From Rebecca billardiae RCC1528 (lineage: Eukaryota; Protista; Haptophyta): 64,000 nt of DNA. Both the position numbers and the translations under genes were made by a program. Below the pieces are notes generated by a model. The model did not search any database, was not told the DNA's origin, and saw nothing but the letters and a program-made list of their open reading frames with translations. Shown here one piece after another: positions 1 to 12,015 of the stretch. Location: contig OZ251222.1 of the NCBI GenBank assembly GCA_965240325.2, positions 5,022,001-5,086,000 on the forward strand. The letters run 5' to 3'. The number at the start of each line of letters is the position of its first letter. Positions within the stretch are counted from its first letter, which is position 1.

Positions 1-114
1 ACCGAGCCCACGTGCGGCGCGGGCTGCTTCTTTGCCAACCACTTTGACCGCCAGTACTGCGGCAAGTGCGGGCTCACCTTCATGTACAAGGGCGACGAGA
101 AGGCGGCCAAGTAG
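1..114 (+). CDS. RPS27A: 3' end of 40S ribosomal protein S27a (eS31; normally ubiquitin-fused), partial
   Basis: Frame 1 reads [37 protein letters not shown], matching the S27a zinc-finger C-terminus (CGAGxFMAxHxDRxYCGKCxLT). Not in the supplied ORF track. Confidence 0.95.
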   Translation, partial: TEPTCGAGCFFANHFDRQYCGKCGLTFMYKGDEKAAK

Positions 115-661
115 GCGCGCCGTCGGCCGCGTCGCTGCAGCCGGCGGGCGACCTCGGCGCATCCTGCGGCGCCCGAGGTTGGGGCTGCGAATGCCCGACT
201 CGCTGGCCAGTCGGAGACTCGCGCCGATTCAGTGTCCGATTCGGCGTCGTCATCAGTCCGGCTATCCGCGGTGGCCGCGCATTAGCCGCGCGTGCGGCCC
301 GGAGACGCGCAGTGCTGTCGGTTTGAACTCGGTTGGCAGTGCTGCGATAGTACTGCAGCATTGACAGGGCCCTCTTTCTGTCCGTGCTCCAGCCGACGCA
401 GATTCATGAGCAAGCATGTTATTAATAATATTAATATTTAAAAAGTAGTCAGTTTTAAAGTGATCGGAATACAGACTATATAAATTATATAATATAAGAT
501 CGACGACGATGTGGCCCATATGCGTCGTATCCGTGGCTGTGAGTGGCTGCCGTCACCTCGGAACGCGGCGCGGGAACGGGCTGAATGAAAATAAAACTCG
601 CGCGCTCGTCGTGCGCGATTTGTTTTTTTTAAATACAAATGCAAAACCGCGCGTCGTGGGC

Positions 662-1492
662 TCAGTGCCAGTGCGCGCTGCTGAAGAGCTCGAGCCGCTT
701 GAGCAGCACGCCGGCCGGCGCGTCGACGACGTGCTCGACCGCGTCGGCCACGTCGTCCACGCTGAGGAACGAGGCGCGCACGTCCGCCGAGGCGCCCGCG
801 CGCTCTTGCAGCGGCGTGTCCACCCCGCCCGGGTGGATGCTCGTCACGCCGATGCCGTGCGCGCGCAGCTCGTTGCCGAGGCAGTCCGCGTACCCGGAGA
901 GGCCGTGCTTGCTCGCCGCGTACACGCTCTCGCCGCCGATCGTCCAGGTGGGCAGCCCCGCGACCGAGTTGATGAAGACGAGCCTGCCGGCGCGGGCCTC
1001 GAGCATGCGCGGCAGCACCGCCTTGGTCAGGTACATCGCGCCCTTCAGGTTCACGTCGATCAGCCTGTCCACCTCCGCCACGTCGAACTCGGCGAACGGC
1101 TTGCGCGCGTACAGCGCCGCGCTGTGCACGAGCGCGCACGGGCAGAGCGGCCCGGCGGGCGCGGCGTCGAGCGCGGCGAGCACGCCGGCCGAGAGCGCGT
1201 CCCAGTGCGCGATGTCGCACGCGACGGGCAACACCGTGCCGCCGCCGCCGTGCGCCGCGACGTCCGCGGCGAGGCTGTCGAGGCGCGCGCGCGTGCGCGC
1301 GATCGCGACGACGGTCCAGCCGCGCCGCGCAAAGCGCTCAGCGACGCGGCGGCCGACGCCCTCGCTCGCGCCGCTCACGACGACGGTCGGGCGCGGGGCG
1401 GCCGGGCTGCTCGTCGCGCCGCCCGGCGCGAGCAGCGGGCCGAACACCAGCACGAACCGCGCGATCGTCGCTGACGATGCGGCCGCCGCCAT
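662..1492 (-). CDS. Short-chain dehydrogenase/reductase (SDR)
   Basis: VVSGASEGVG Rossmann motif, DVNLKG, catalytic YAASK, IHPGGVDT. Start taken at the ATG of MAAAASS. Confidence 0.92.
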   Translation of the reverse strand: MAAAASSATIARFVLVFGPLLAPGGATSSPAAPRPTVVVSGASEGVGRRVAERFARRGWTVVAIARTRARLDSLAADVAAHGGGGTVLPVACDIAHWDALSAGVLAALDAAPAGPLCPCALVHSAALYARKPFAEFDVAEVDRLIDVNLKGAMYLTKAVLPRMLEARAGRLVFINSVAGLPTWTIGGESVYAASKHGLSGYADCLGNELRAHGIGVTSIHPGGVDTPLQERAGASADVRASFLSVDDVADAVEHVVDAPAGVLLKRLELFSSAHWH

Positions 1493-1708
1493 CGCCCATC
1501 CTTGTGGATCACCAGACACCAGCCGGTGAAATTGTGAAAATCAATCCGGGCCGGCGCTGCGGCGTCCGTTTATATTCGTTCGGACTTTCGGGGATGGACG
1601 GACGCACGGCGGTGCCAGTCACTGCCTACTGGTCGCCCTCTCTCCCGATGGCAGCAAGCGTCAGTCGGCTGGCGTTGCCGCGGCCACAGTGCCCGACGCT
1701 CGATCGCG

Positions 1709-4547
1709 TCACGAGAGCGCGTCGTCCGCGTCGGCCGGCGTGGCGAGCGTGGAGCTGAAGCGGTGCAGCGCGGCGCGCATCTCGTGGAAGAGCTGCACGC
1801 GGCTGGCGAGCACCTCGTCCAGGTGCAGCGCGTACTCCGCCGCGTCGGCGAGGCAGGCGGAGTGCTCCTCGAGCAGCGCCATCTCCTGCGCCCACGCGTC
1901 CGGGTCGTAGGCCACGCGCAGCACCTCGGTCAGCACCGAGAGGGCGCGCGCGTGCTTGCCCCTGCGCGCGGCACCAGCGGCGCGGGCGCGGGGCGGGGCG
2001 CGCGCGCGGTGAGCGCGGGGCGCGGGGCTGCGCGCGCGGCGCGAGGTGCGCGCGCACTTCTCCGCCAGCTCGGCCGCGCCCGCCTCGGCCGCGCGCCGCG
2101 CCGCGGCCACGCGCGCCTCGGCCGCGAGCTGCGCGCCCGGACTGCCGTCCGCGGCCGGGCTGGGCGCCGCGGCCGGCGCGTCCGGCGCGGGCATCGGCGC
2201 GGCGCCCGCTGGCGCGGCGGCCGGCTCGTCGGCGTCGCCGCTGCCCGGCCCGCCGGCTCGGACGGGCGTCGGCGGCGCGGCGGCCGAGTCGGCGTCCGCG
2301 TCCGCGCCCGCGCCCGCGCCCGCCGCCGGCTCGGCGCCGCCCGCGCGCGCGGCAGCCAGCACGGCGGTCGTGGCCGTGTGCGTGTGCGCCACCTCGCCGT
2401 GCGCGCGCGCCTCCGCGCCCGCCGCCTCCGCCGGCGCCGCGCGCGGCGGCCGCGGCAGCCCGTCGGCGGACGCGCGCGCGCGCGCGCCGCGCGCGGGTGC
2501 GCCGCCCTCCGCGCCACCGCGCGCCGGCTGCAGCGCCGACTGCGAGCGCGCGGCCGGCGCGGTCGGCGGGCGCGCGCGCTGCGCGCGCGCGCTGGCGCGG
2601 CCGCCGAGCACGGCCGAGCCGTGCAGCGCGCCGCCCGAGCTCGGCGCGGCCGAGCTCTGCAGCTCGCGCGCGGAGAGCGCGCGCGGCGTGCGCGCGCCGC
2701 CGGGCGCGTGCCGCGGCGAGGGCGCGCGCGGCGACGCGGCGCGGCCGCCGAGCCGCGCGCCGCCCGCGCCGCGCGCCGCCCTGCCGCGGGCGGCGGCGGC
2801 CGCGGCGGCCGCGGCCGGCGGCGCCGGCGCGTCGCCCCCCGCGCCGCCGGCCGAGGCGGCGGGCGCGCCCCGCAGCCGCGTGGCGTAGCGCAGCGTGTTG
2901 AGCGTGTGCTCGACGTTGGCGGAGGCGGGCGAGATGTTTGCGATCATCACGCAGCGCGCGCCCTGCGCGGTGAAGGCGGCGCGCAGCACCTGCGTCAGCT
3001 TGGAGCCGCGGAAGGGCGTGTGGCCCTGGCCCGCGCCGAGCGCGCGGATGCACTCCTTCAGGCAGAGCAGCGACTTGTTGATCTCCGCGCCCTCCGTCCG
3101 CGTCGAGCGCGAGCCCTCCGCCGAGTCCGCCGCGCGCTCGCTGCCCGCCAGGTCGACCATGCAGAAGCGGCCGTACGCGGCGCCCGTCTCCGCCAGCCTG
3201 AGCGTGAGCTGCAGCACGGCGTGCGAGCGCGAGGAGTGCTCGTTGGCCGAGGTGGTGCCCACGCGGCGCATCTCGTTCGCCGCGGAGGTGAGCTCGAGCA
3301 GCTGCGCCAGCGAGGCGGGCACGAGCTCCTCGAGGCCGCGCACCACCACCTCCCCCTCGGCGCTCTCCAGCACGCGGCACTGCTGCCGCCTGTGCAGCAG
3401 GTCGTGCACGGCGCCGCAGTACACCTCGTAGAAGGAGACGCCCAGGTAGAGGCACACGCCCGAGGCGCGCAGCACCTCGAGCTGCGCGAAGCAGTCGCGC
3501 GCCGCCAGGTGGAAGAGCCCGAGCTCGTCGGGCGCCGCGCCCTCTCCCTGCGCCTCGGACCCGAGCGCGTCGGCCGCGCGCGCGGCGCTGGCCACCGCCT
3601 CCCGCGCGCCGTCTGCGGCCTTGTGCCCGAGCATCGTGTGCGTCTTGCCTGCGCGCGCGCGCACAGCAAAGGGGGGGGAGGGCACGTGCGCGCGGTTGCG
3701 GCGCGTGTCACGCACGCCTGCCCGCCTGCCGCGCGCTCCGCCGCCGCGTGCCCGCGGTGGTGTGCGCGCGCGGCTCACCCGAGCCCGTCTGCCCGTACGC
3801 AAAGCAGGTGGCGCTGCAGCCGTCGAACATGGCGCACACCAGCGGGCCCGCGGTGCGGCGGTACACGGCGGCGGTGGAGGCTCCGTCGGCGTACACCTCG
3901 TCCACGTCGAACGCGTGCGACTCCATGTCCTTGGACAGGTCGACGCGCAGCCTCGGCTCGTGCACGACGATCTGGGCGCCGCCAGGCGCGCAGCTGACGA
4001 CGTCGTACTCGGCCGCCTCGGACGGGAGGAGGGGGCGCTTGCGCACGACGACGCGGATGCGCTGCGCCGTGCCGGGCGGCTCGGCCGCGCCCTCGCCGCG
4101 CGGCTCCCGCGCCATCGCCGCGCGGTACTGCTCGATCATCCGCTGGAACTCGAAGGTGCCGTCGTCGTCCGCGCGCGCGCGCCGCTGCTCCTCCACCGCG
4201 CTGCGCCGCGCCTCGCGGCGCAGGCGCATGCGCTCGACCTCGAGCACGCACTGCGAGGGCGAGGCGCTCGGCGCGACGCCCCGCGCCGGCGCGCCGCGCG
4301 CCGCGCCCTCGGCCGCGGCCGCGTTCTCCTTGCCGCCCTGCAACGGCGCGCCGCCGCCCGCCGCGCGCGCGCGAACGCCGCGCGCGCCGCCCGCCCGCTT
4401 CGGGGCCGCGGCCGCGGCGGCGTGCGGCTCGCCCCGGCCGCGCGGCGAGTCCGGCGCCTTCCCGCCGTTGCGCGAGTCGAGCCGCTGGCGCAGCTCCGCC
4501 GGCAGCGCGCTCGCGAGCGTCGGCGGCGAGCGCGGCGCGCTGGCCAT
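1709..4547 (-). CDS. Kinesin-13 family motor protein (spliced)
   Basis: RIRVVVRKRPL, EPRLRVDLSK, CFAYGQTGS|GKTHTM split by GT-AG intron 3778-3649, SSRSHA, DLAGSER, EINKSLLCLKECIRAL, PFRGSKLTQVL. Second probable intron ~2057-1963. Confidence 0.93.
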
Positions 4548-5150
4548 CGTGCGCGGCGCGTTTTCAAAGCAGCGCGCCGCGGCCCGCGCAGGCTGGGCAA
4601 CGGGCGGTGGTGCGGCCCGGTGCGTTGGTGGAGTCCGGTGGCGGTGCGCGCGCGTGGTGGCGGCCGGCTGCCGGCTGGGCGCAGCAGTCCTGGACCCAGC
4701 CGCAGGGCCAGGACAGTGCCAGTGGCCCAGGTCCATCGTCACTCGGCCATGTACGACTGTACGTGACTGTCTCGACAGCACTACTCTTAGGAGTCTGACT
4801 CGTCCCGCGAATAATGGCAGCAATCGCTCCGAATGACTGCACGGTCCAGTGCAGCAGCAGGTCAGGCGGCGCGGCCGTTCTGCGGCCAGGCTCAACGGTG
4901 TGACAGTAGTCGGATCGGTCCGCTGAGACACGCTCGCGCGCAGAGCCGGCACGCTACTGTACGGGGATTGGGAACGGGCGCGTGGCCGGTCCCGACTGGC
5001 CCGGTCTGCCGGTCACGGTGGCGGCTGCTTGCGCCGCCCGGCCCCGTGGGCGCCGGCGGCGGCCGACCGCACGGCCTGACATCTGGCAGGCGCGGGGGCG
5101 GGCGAGGGCGACCCCACGTGCGCGGGGCGCGCGCACCGCGCGCGCAGCCC

Positions 5151-6146
5151 TCAGCCGCCCCCCGCGGCCGGGCCGGGCGGGCGCGGCCCGTCCGGCGCCG
5201 CGCGTGCTGCGCCGCGCCACGCCGCCCAGCGGCGCGGCGCCGGCTCGCCCTCGAGCCGGCGCGGGGCGTGGCGCCAGCCGGGCAGCTCGGCGTCGACGAA
5301 GCGGCGCAGCGTGCGCGGCAGCGCGCGCCAGCGCCGCAGCCGCACGCAGCGCAGGCTGAGCAGGCACGGCCCCGCGCGCGCGCCGCCCGCCCAGTGCGGC
5401 GCGGGCCCCAGCTTGGTGCACGTGCCCAGCACGCGCCCGCGCGCGCGCCAGTACGCGTACCGCTCGAGCTCGCGCAGCGCGGGCGCGGCGGCGGCGCGCG
5501 CGCCGGCGTTGCCGCCCGTGCTGAACGTGAGGCCGAGCGGCGCGCGCACGTTCAGCGCCACCGCCGGCTCGGCGCGCTCGGCGGCGGGCTCGGCGGGCGG
5601 CGCGTGCAGCGCGGGCGAGAGCAGCAGCACGCGGCCGTGCGGCGTGCGCGCGCGGCCGCCGTGCGCGCACGTGGCCTCGAGCGCGGGCGCGCGCGCGTGG
5701 GCGCGCGCGCGCACGCGCAGCGCCGCGCCCGGCGCGCCGCCGTCCAGCGCCGCCGTCACGCGCAGCGCGGGCTGCGCGGAGACGGCGAGGCCGACGCCGT
5801 CGCGCCGCACGAGCACCTCGCCGCTCGCCGGGTCGCGGAAGACGCTGAGCTTGCGGCAGAGCACGGCCATGGCGGTGGCGTTGGAGTGGCGCGCGTCGTC
5901 GCGGCACACCTCCAGCGCCTCCGCCGCGGCGAGCACGCGCCCCGTCCGCAGCGAGACGAGCTCGCCCTCGCCGTACCAGTAGCTGGTGCCGACGCGCGCC
6001 GCGCGCAGCGCGCGCAGCTCGCGCAGCTCGTCGCGCCGCCAGGCCGCGGCGCGGCGCGGCGCGGCGAGGAGGAGCACGCCGATCATCGCGCCCGCCCGCG
6101 CCGCGCCGCCGCCGCCGGCCGCCCGCGCGGTCGCCGCCGCCGTCAT
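5151..6146 (-). CDS. Hypothetical protein (weak DUF1838-like resemblance)
   Basis: Long ORF with protein-like composition (YWYGEGELV, FRDPASGEVL, ELERYAYW, PHWAGG). Start codon uncertain. Confidence 0.55.
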   Translation of the reverse strand: MTAAATARAAGGGGAARAGAMIGVLLLAAPRRAAAWRRDELRELRALRAARVGTSYWYGEGELVSLRTGRVLAAAEALEVCRDDARHSNATAMAVLCRKLSVFRDPASGEVLVRRDGVGLAVSAQPALRVTAALDGGAPGAALRVRARAHARAPALEATCAHGGRARTPHGRVLLLSPALHAPPAEPAAERAEPAVALNVRAPLGLTFSTGGNAGARAAAAPALRELERYAYWRARGRVLGTCTKLGPAPHWAGGARAGPCLLSLRCVRLRRWRALPRTLRRFVDAELPGWRHAPRRLEGEPAPRRWAAWRGAARAAPDGPRPPGPAAGGG

Positions 6147-6378
6147 CGGTGCGGACTCGTCGTCGTGCCACGAGTCGCGAAGGTGGAGGTTCGACCGGCC
6201 GTTTTTCGTGGGTCCGGACAAGAATCCATTATCCATCTCTCAGCTGCTGGGCTTTGAGCCAGCTTCAGCGCGGTGGAACGCTGGAGCGACCGGTGCCGTG
6301 CAGGAGGCGGCAGCGCGGGCCGGGCGATCGATCCCGGCGCCCGCCGCGTCAGATGCGAGTGGCGCGGCGACTGAGCCC

Positions 6379-6855
6379 ATGGAGCCGAAGTACGAGGGCC
6401 TGGACATCCGCCCGCTCTGCATCAGCGAGCCGTCCACGAAGGACGTGAAGCTGGTGCGGCTGTGCGGCGTGAAGGCGCTCGCCGCATCGACCGCGTCCGC
6501 TGAGATTGTCGCCGTGTCCGGCATCCGCGCGCTCTCGGCCAACACCGCCGCGCCGTTCGTCGTCGAGGCGGTGGGGCTCGACGTGTTCAATGCGTACGTC
6601 GTCTCGCCCCTCCCGCTCCTGCTCACCGGCATCGAGGTCGGCAACCTGTACGCGGGCGCGCCCTCGCTCGCCGCGCTCAGCGGAGGCGTGTTCCTCTCGT
6701 CGCTGATCGCCTCGCCGGTCGGCGCGAGCGCGACGGGGGTGACGGGGTACAACCTCGAGGTGGGCAGCCCCGACGGGGCGTGGGTCGTCGGCCTCGAGGC
6801 CGCGCCGTCGTACGTCGTGGGCGGCAGCGCAGGCCATGGCGGTAGCGGGCACTGA
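6379..6855 (+). CDS. Hypothetical 158-aa hydrophobic protein
   Basis: ATG-initiated segment (MEPKYEGLDIRPL...) with strong C/G third-position bias; no family recognised. Confidence 0.6.
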   Translation: MEPKYEGLDIRPLCISEPSTKDVKLVRLCGVKALAASTASAEIVAVSGIRALSANTAAPFVVEAVGLDVFNAYVVSPLPLLLTGIEVGNLYAGAPSLAALSGGVFLSSLIASPVGASATGVTGYNLEVGSPDGAWVVGLEAAPSYVVGGSAGHGGSGH

Positions 6856-7998
6856 CGTCTGCCGTGCGCCACCGCGGCGGCGGCCCGTGACCTCCGTGTC
6901 CTGGTGGAAGACGGGCAGTGCTTGGCGCACGGTCCGCCCCAGCGCGGTGGCCCACCGTCGAGCACCGCCACCCGCCACCGCGCGGCGCCGTGCAGCGGAG
7001 GCCCGGCGGCGGGGCGGGGGGCCGGCAGCCGAGCACGGCCGTCACCGCGGGGCGGCCGCGGCGCCGGCGGGCGCGGCGCCGTCCGGCCTTATTGCCCTTG
7101 GAGGCTTGCTGCAGTTATACCACTGCGGGTCGCCTTAGGACCCGTTTATATCCCGCGACCGGAGTCCGAGTATAAGCTTGTTGGAGGGGTCGCGCGAACC
7201 GATTTAGCTCATCATCAGTCATCGTTTCGATTCGGGCTCATCAATTCATGAGACATTCTGAATCAACCCCTCCGCCAACATAACCGTAGTAAGTAGTCTC
7301 CTGTTGGACACCCATCGAGGGGCTGTAGTCCTGTCGTCCGCCAGTGATTGTATTCACACTGGTGCTGCATGCGGCCGCGTTTTGGTGAGCCTGTTAAACA
7401 TCCAGACCACTCTATCTCTACTGCTGCAAGATGCCAGTCATCGTCTGCCATACCGGATCAACTAGTCATGGACAGCGCAGCAGTCGTCCATGATCCTCAT
7501 CCCACCTCGTGGGCGAGCGCGTGCCTCCGGGAACCCAAACAACCTGAGTACATCCCATCCCACAAGGACGTCGCGCGCGTGACGGGCTGTCTGGGCTCTC
7601 CGCCGCCGTGCGCTGGCAAGGGGTGCACACTAGTGCGGAAAGACTGTGGCGTGAACGGTCGCGCGCGGCGTGGCGACGAACGGGACCGCGCGATCGCACA
7701 CAGCCGCGCGGATGGCAAACGGCATGCCACAGCGCCGCTGCCGCCGCCCAAGCGAGGTCGCGAGCGACTGCCCTTCGGATCGCGAGCCAGCGGCCCCGCG
7801 CCCCTCCCGCCGCCGGGGGCGAACTGACCGGCTCACCGCCGTGGGCCCGTGGCGCGACTTTCTGTTTCCGAAAGTTTTGTCGACGCTAACCTGTGGCTTA
7901 TCTCCTAAACCCCTGGACGGGTAAATCCAGGTCCCCCCCCCCCCCCCCCCCCCGGCCCACCGCCAAGTGGGTTGTAGGTACATACTCCCCCCCTCCCC

Positions 7999-8067
7999 CC
8001 CCTCCCGCGCGGAGCGCGGGAGGGGCCCTCCGCGCGGAGCGCGGGAAATCCCGCGCGGAGCGCGGGA
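7999..8067. repeat. Three tandem CCGCGC-GGA-GCGCGG triloop hairpins next to a long C run (7933-7953)
   Basis: Read directly at 7999-8025, 8030-8045 and 8049-8067. Confidence 0.85.
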
Positions 8068-8434
8068 CGATTTTTTGGGAGATGCGTCCGCCACCGCCGA
8101 TGAGAACAACGGTCGACGAAAATCCGAGACCGAAGAGTAAGACCGCGGACGTCCGCGGTTGTGCTCAAGGCAGGTGTCAGTGACGCCACGGTCAGTGACA
8201 GCGCCGCCGCAGATGTATAGTAGACATGCAGTTCAGACCTGTCTGCGCGCACGCCGCACGCGCCCGGCTGCGCGCCACTGACGACGTCCGCTCCTAGTCC
8301 TGTCAGAGCCTGCGTGCGGTGCCGTCATATGTTGGCACCATTCAGACCATTTATGACTCGGTCGAGAGACAGACAATCACTGGCAGCAATAATAACTATA
8401 GAGAATATCATTATATAAAAATAAGCAGACGGTC

Positions 8435-9490
8435 TGTCACGTGAAGAAACTGGGACTTCCTATCTGCGGATCTGGCCAAGAAACTGAGACTACGAGCCCC
8501 TGCTGACTGCCGCTGCCGGGCCGCCTGCGTCGGCGCCCTGGCGGCCGGCCCGCAGCCGCTCGGGCTGCGCGCGGTGCGGAGCGCGCCTAGCCTGGACTCC
8601 TAGGCACGTCATCAGCGCGCGCTGTTCTCGACCCGACTGGCGACTCTGGCTACAGGCAATTGCGGGCACGCAATAAGGAGCTGTCACGTTAAGAAACTGG
8701 GGCTTGCTATCTGCGGATCTGGCCTAGAAACTGAGACTAGCGATTGGCTGGTTCGCTATACGCATAGTCACACTAAGAAACCGGGACTACGTCGTCGCGG
8801 CTGACGAGTGGTCCGCCGAGGCACAGTCGGCCAGTGGGACGCGGCGCGCGGCCCGACTACGAGTACAGGCCGCCACGCGTCCCGACTTCTCCTGATGATG
8901 ACTGACTCCTGGCCAGTGCACCGCAGCATCCATGCGACATCATGCCAGATTTGCTCCAAAATGATGGCCCGCCATTTTTTTCTTCGGCCTCGCCGGCCGG
9001 GCCTAAAGACTCAGCGGGGGCTCTGCCCCCCTGCGCCCCCCGCGCCTGCGCGGCGGGCGGACCTAGCTAAGAAACTGAGACTCCGTAGGGGCTCGGGCTA
9101 CCGCCGCGGCTAAGAAACCGAGACTAGCAGTGAGATCTCTGACTTCTTATTGCCAGCGATTGCCTGTATAGTGCGCCGGCACCATGCAAAAGCATGCCAG
9201 ATTTGCTCCAAAATGGCCCAAAAGTTTCTCCGGCCTCGCCGGCCGGGCCTAAAGGTCTACTCAGCAGGGGGCTCTGCCCCCCTGCACCTGCGCGGCGGGC
9301 GGACCTACTTATACGGGAAATGAGACTCCGCCGCCTAGGCGCTAGGGCTACCGAACTGCTAACTGCTAAGACGAAACCGAGACTAGCCGTTGGATCTCTG
9401 ACGAATTCTTACGCCAGCAGTTTTATATATCCCATGGCCCAAATCCAGCCAAAGAGTAGGCCCAAAACAAACCTTCGCCTTGGGCCTGTG
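8435..9490 (+). repeat. Internally repetitive transposon-like non-coding block A (recurrent AAGAAACTGAGACT motif, GGGGGCTCTGCCCCC hairpins)
   Basis: The motif recurs about nine times; ~8910-9130 is duplicated at ~9170-9390; a diverged direct copy lies at 18165-18972. Confidence 0.75.
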
Positions 9491-10084
9491 AGGCTCTGGT
9501 TGAGGGCTCCGCTGCGTTTTTTGTCGGGCCTGGGCCGCAACCCGCGAACAATTCACGCTTTTTTTCGCGATGCCCGCGGTTCTGCCTTCCCATTGGTCGG
9601 TCGATGGATCATCTCAACTTCTCCCGGGACAAAGTGAGACATATTATCTCAATAGCATCTTTATGAATCTTTGGAATCAAAGTTGAAAGAGCCAATCGTC
9701 ATCCCGAAAGGCACGATGATGCCGATTCGGCCTAGCTGCAATCTTGTTAGCATCTCGGCCACTGTTCGCTGGATTTGTGCGGGTTTCTCAGCGGTCGAAG
9801 GGGTCTCAAGCAAAGTTGAAGGCTTGCGGGAGCGGAAAACTAGGAGACCGCGGCGAAGTGGCGACAGCTTGCGAAGGGCGTCCACGATGGGCCATACGGC
9901 TTACTGTGCAAGGCAACTCGTGCGGGATCGGGCGCGTACGGCGACGTTTGCATGGTCGTCAATGCGCAGGGTGGGCGGCCTGCGGTGAAACTCACACGAC
10001 GCCCGACCGCTGGCAACCACACCGCCGTCAGGCCGAGCTTGGCCGCACCCCGCGTGCGGCGTGGACCGGCCGCCGAGTGGCTTG

Positions 10085-10275
10085 CGGCCCGCTCAGCACG
10101 TACGTCGTCTCACGCATCGGGCCGAAGCAGAAGCGGCGGTACATGAAGCTGGCAGACTCGGTCATGGAGTGCTTGTCGGTGCCGTCGAACGTCCACCCAC
10201 CGACGTCCGTGCCGATGCCAAACTCCTTCTGCTGGCATCCGAGGCACTCGATGATCACGCCCTTCGCCTTCGGCT
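10085..10275 (-). pseudogene. Captured gene fragment, phospholipid scramblase-like
   Basis: Translates KPKAKGVIIECLGCQQKEFGIG...ESASFMYRRFCFGPMRETTYVL, resembling the scramblase ExxGCExxxEF and EESxxxxRxCxGPxR motifs. No start or continuation. Confidence 0.45.
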
Positions 10276-12015
10276 TGTGGAGGCGTCCACGGCGTACCCG
10301 TATTGATTGGGACAGGCGATGCGCGAGGACAGCTGAGGGCAAGCCAGCCCGCGCGGTCCGAGCGTGCGCAGCGCGCGCCGCTGGGCTTGCGTGGCGGCAA
10401 CAGGCTCCGTTGTGCGGCAGACGGTCGAGTCCGGGGCGCACACGTGCTGACGCAGTCGCCTACGCAACTGGCTTCGGCTGCCGTGCCTTCGCGGTCGTGC
10501 ACCAAGCCTGCGTCGCCGCGCGCCGACGCGCCGCCGGCGCGGCGGAGTGCGGGACGCGGTGCCGCCGCCAGTCAGTCGTCCGGCTGACGAGTCCGCGTCG
10601 TTCAGTCACACACGGACGACGGCTGCCGCGTAATGACCGGGCTGGCCCGCGGCCGCCCACCCAGCCAGTCCCAGGGTGTCCGGAGTCGTGACCGTTGGCA
10701 ACGGTCACGACAGTGCTCAGGCCTCCTCCGAGAAGTTCGGCGCGTCGGGCTCGATCGTCATGCCGGCTGTCATGCCGCGCGCGCTAAATATTATCGTCGT
10801 CGATCGATTAATAATCTAAACGGGCGCCGTCGCCATTGCAAACTTATTCAAAACTTAAACTACGTCCGTACCGTCGGCTAGTACCGCTCAGATACTGCTC
10901 CAGCAGTCAGACTGTCAGTCCGACGGTCACTCCGGGACCGCCGGACTCAGACTCAGTGCGTGACTTGTACTCTCCGGACCGGCACGGATGACCGCACGGT
11001 CCGACAGACGAGTCGGATCGACGGAGACAGGAGAGCCAGACTGAGACACGCGTCAGTTCGATAACGTGAGACAGTCATAGCACCGTACTCCGTAGTAGCC
11101 GACGAGGGCTCGGACAGTCGGACTCGACGTGTCAGTCCGTCAGACCGTCCGCCGTACGCGTCAGTGACGAGACAGCGGCGCCAGTCGGTCGCCAGTCGAG
11201 TCACTGACGTCGAGTGCGGCACCGGGGCGGGAGCCGGAGCCGCTGTCCGAGTGGCACGCGGGTCCGAGCAGTTACACCGTGACGCCCGGCCTAAGTCGGT
11301 CCGCGCAAGACAGAAGTCGTGAGAAGACGCCGGCGGATCTGATCTGACTTACTGAGACTGAGCAGATGGCATCATATTCATATATAGCAGCATGCTGATC
11401 ATATAATTATTATAAGTATATACCAGGTGGCCGCACGCCCTGCCTGAACCGGCAGCCGCGCTTTAGGGAAACACCATCCGGGGGGCCGCCTTTCACTTAA
11501 GGACACGCGGGTGGGTGATTACTGAACACGTGAACCATGTCCTTTTCGGACATACGCACACGCAAGATCTTGGGTACGCAGTCATACTATCTGAATCCTG
11601 AGCGCCCACAAGCCCTCTTGGGTCCATGATAGTCTGCCTCGTCAGCGAGCGTCCAAAAGCGAATCCGACGAAAGTTTTTGATTGAAAGCGAGCGCTTTCT
11701 CCAGACGAGACGGATTCCATTCTGGTCCGCTCGTTCCGAACCAAAAGGTCATGGATGCCGTTCCACGGCGCGCGCGCTGTTGGGGCGGGCGGCGAAGCGG
11801 TTTTGTCGGTGGGGTACGGTACAGTCTGTGGCGGGCCGGCGGTGGGTGAGCTACCTATGCAGTTTAGTTGCGCACGCTCGCTCGACGGCAGACCGGCCAT
11901 AATCATGCAAGTAGCAATAGCATCAAGCTGTATGTGTCCGCCACTCCGCCAAGTCAAGAAGTGCTAGTCCCTACTTAGTTACGCCGGCGGCCGGCGGGCA
12001 CATATCATTCACTAG

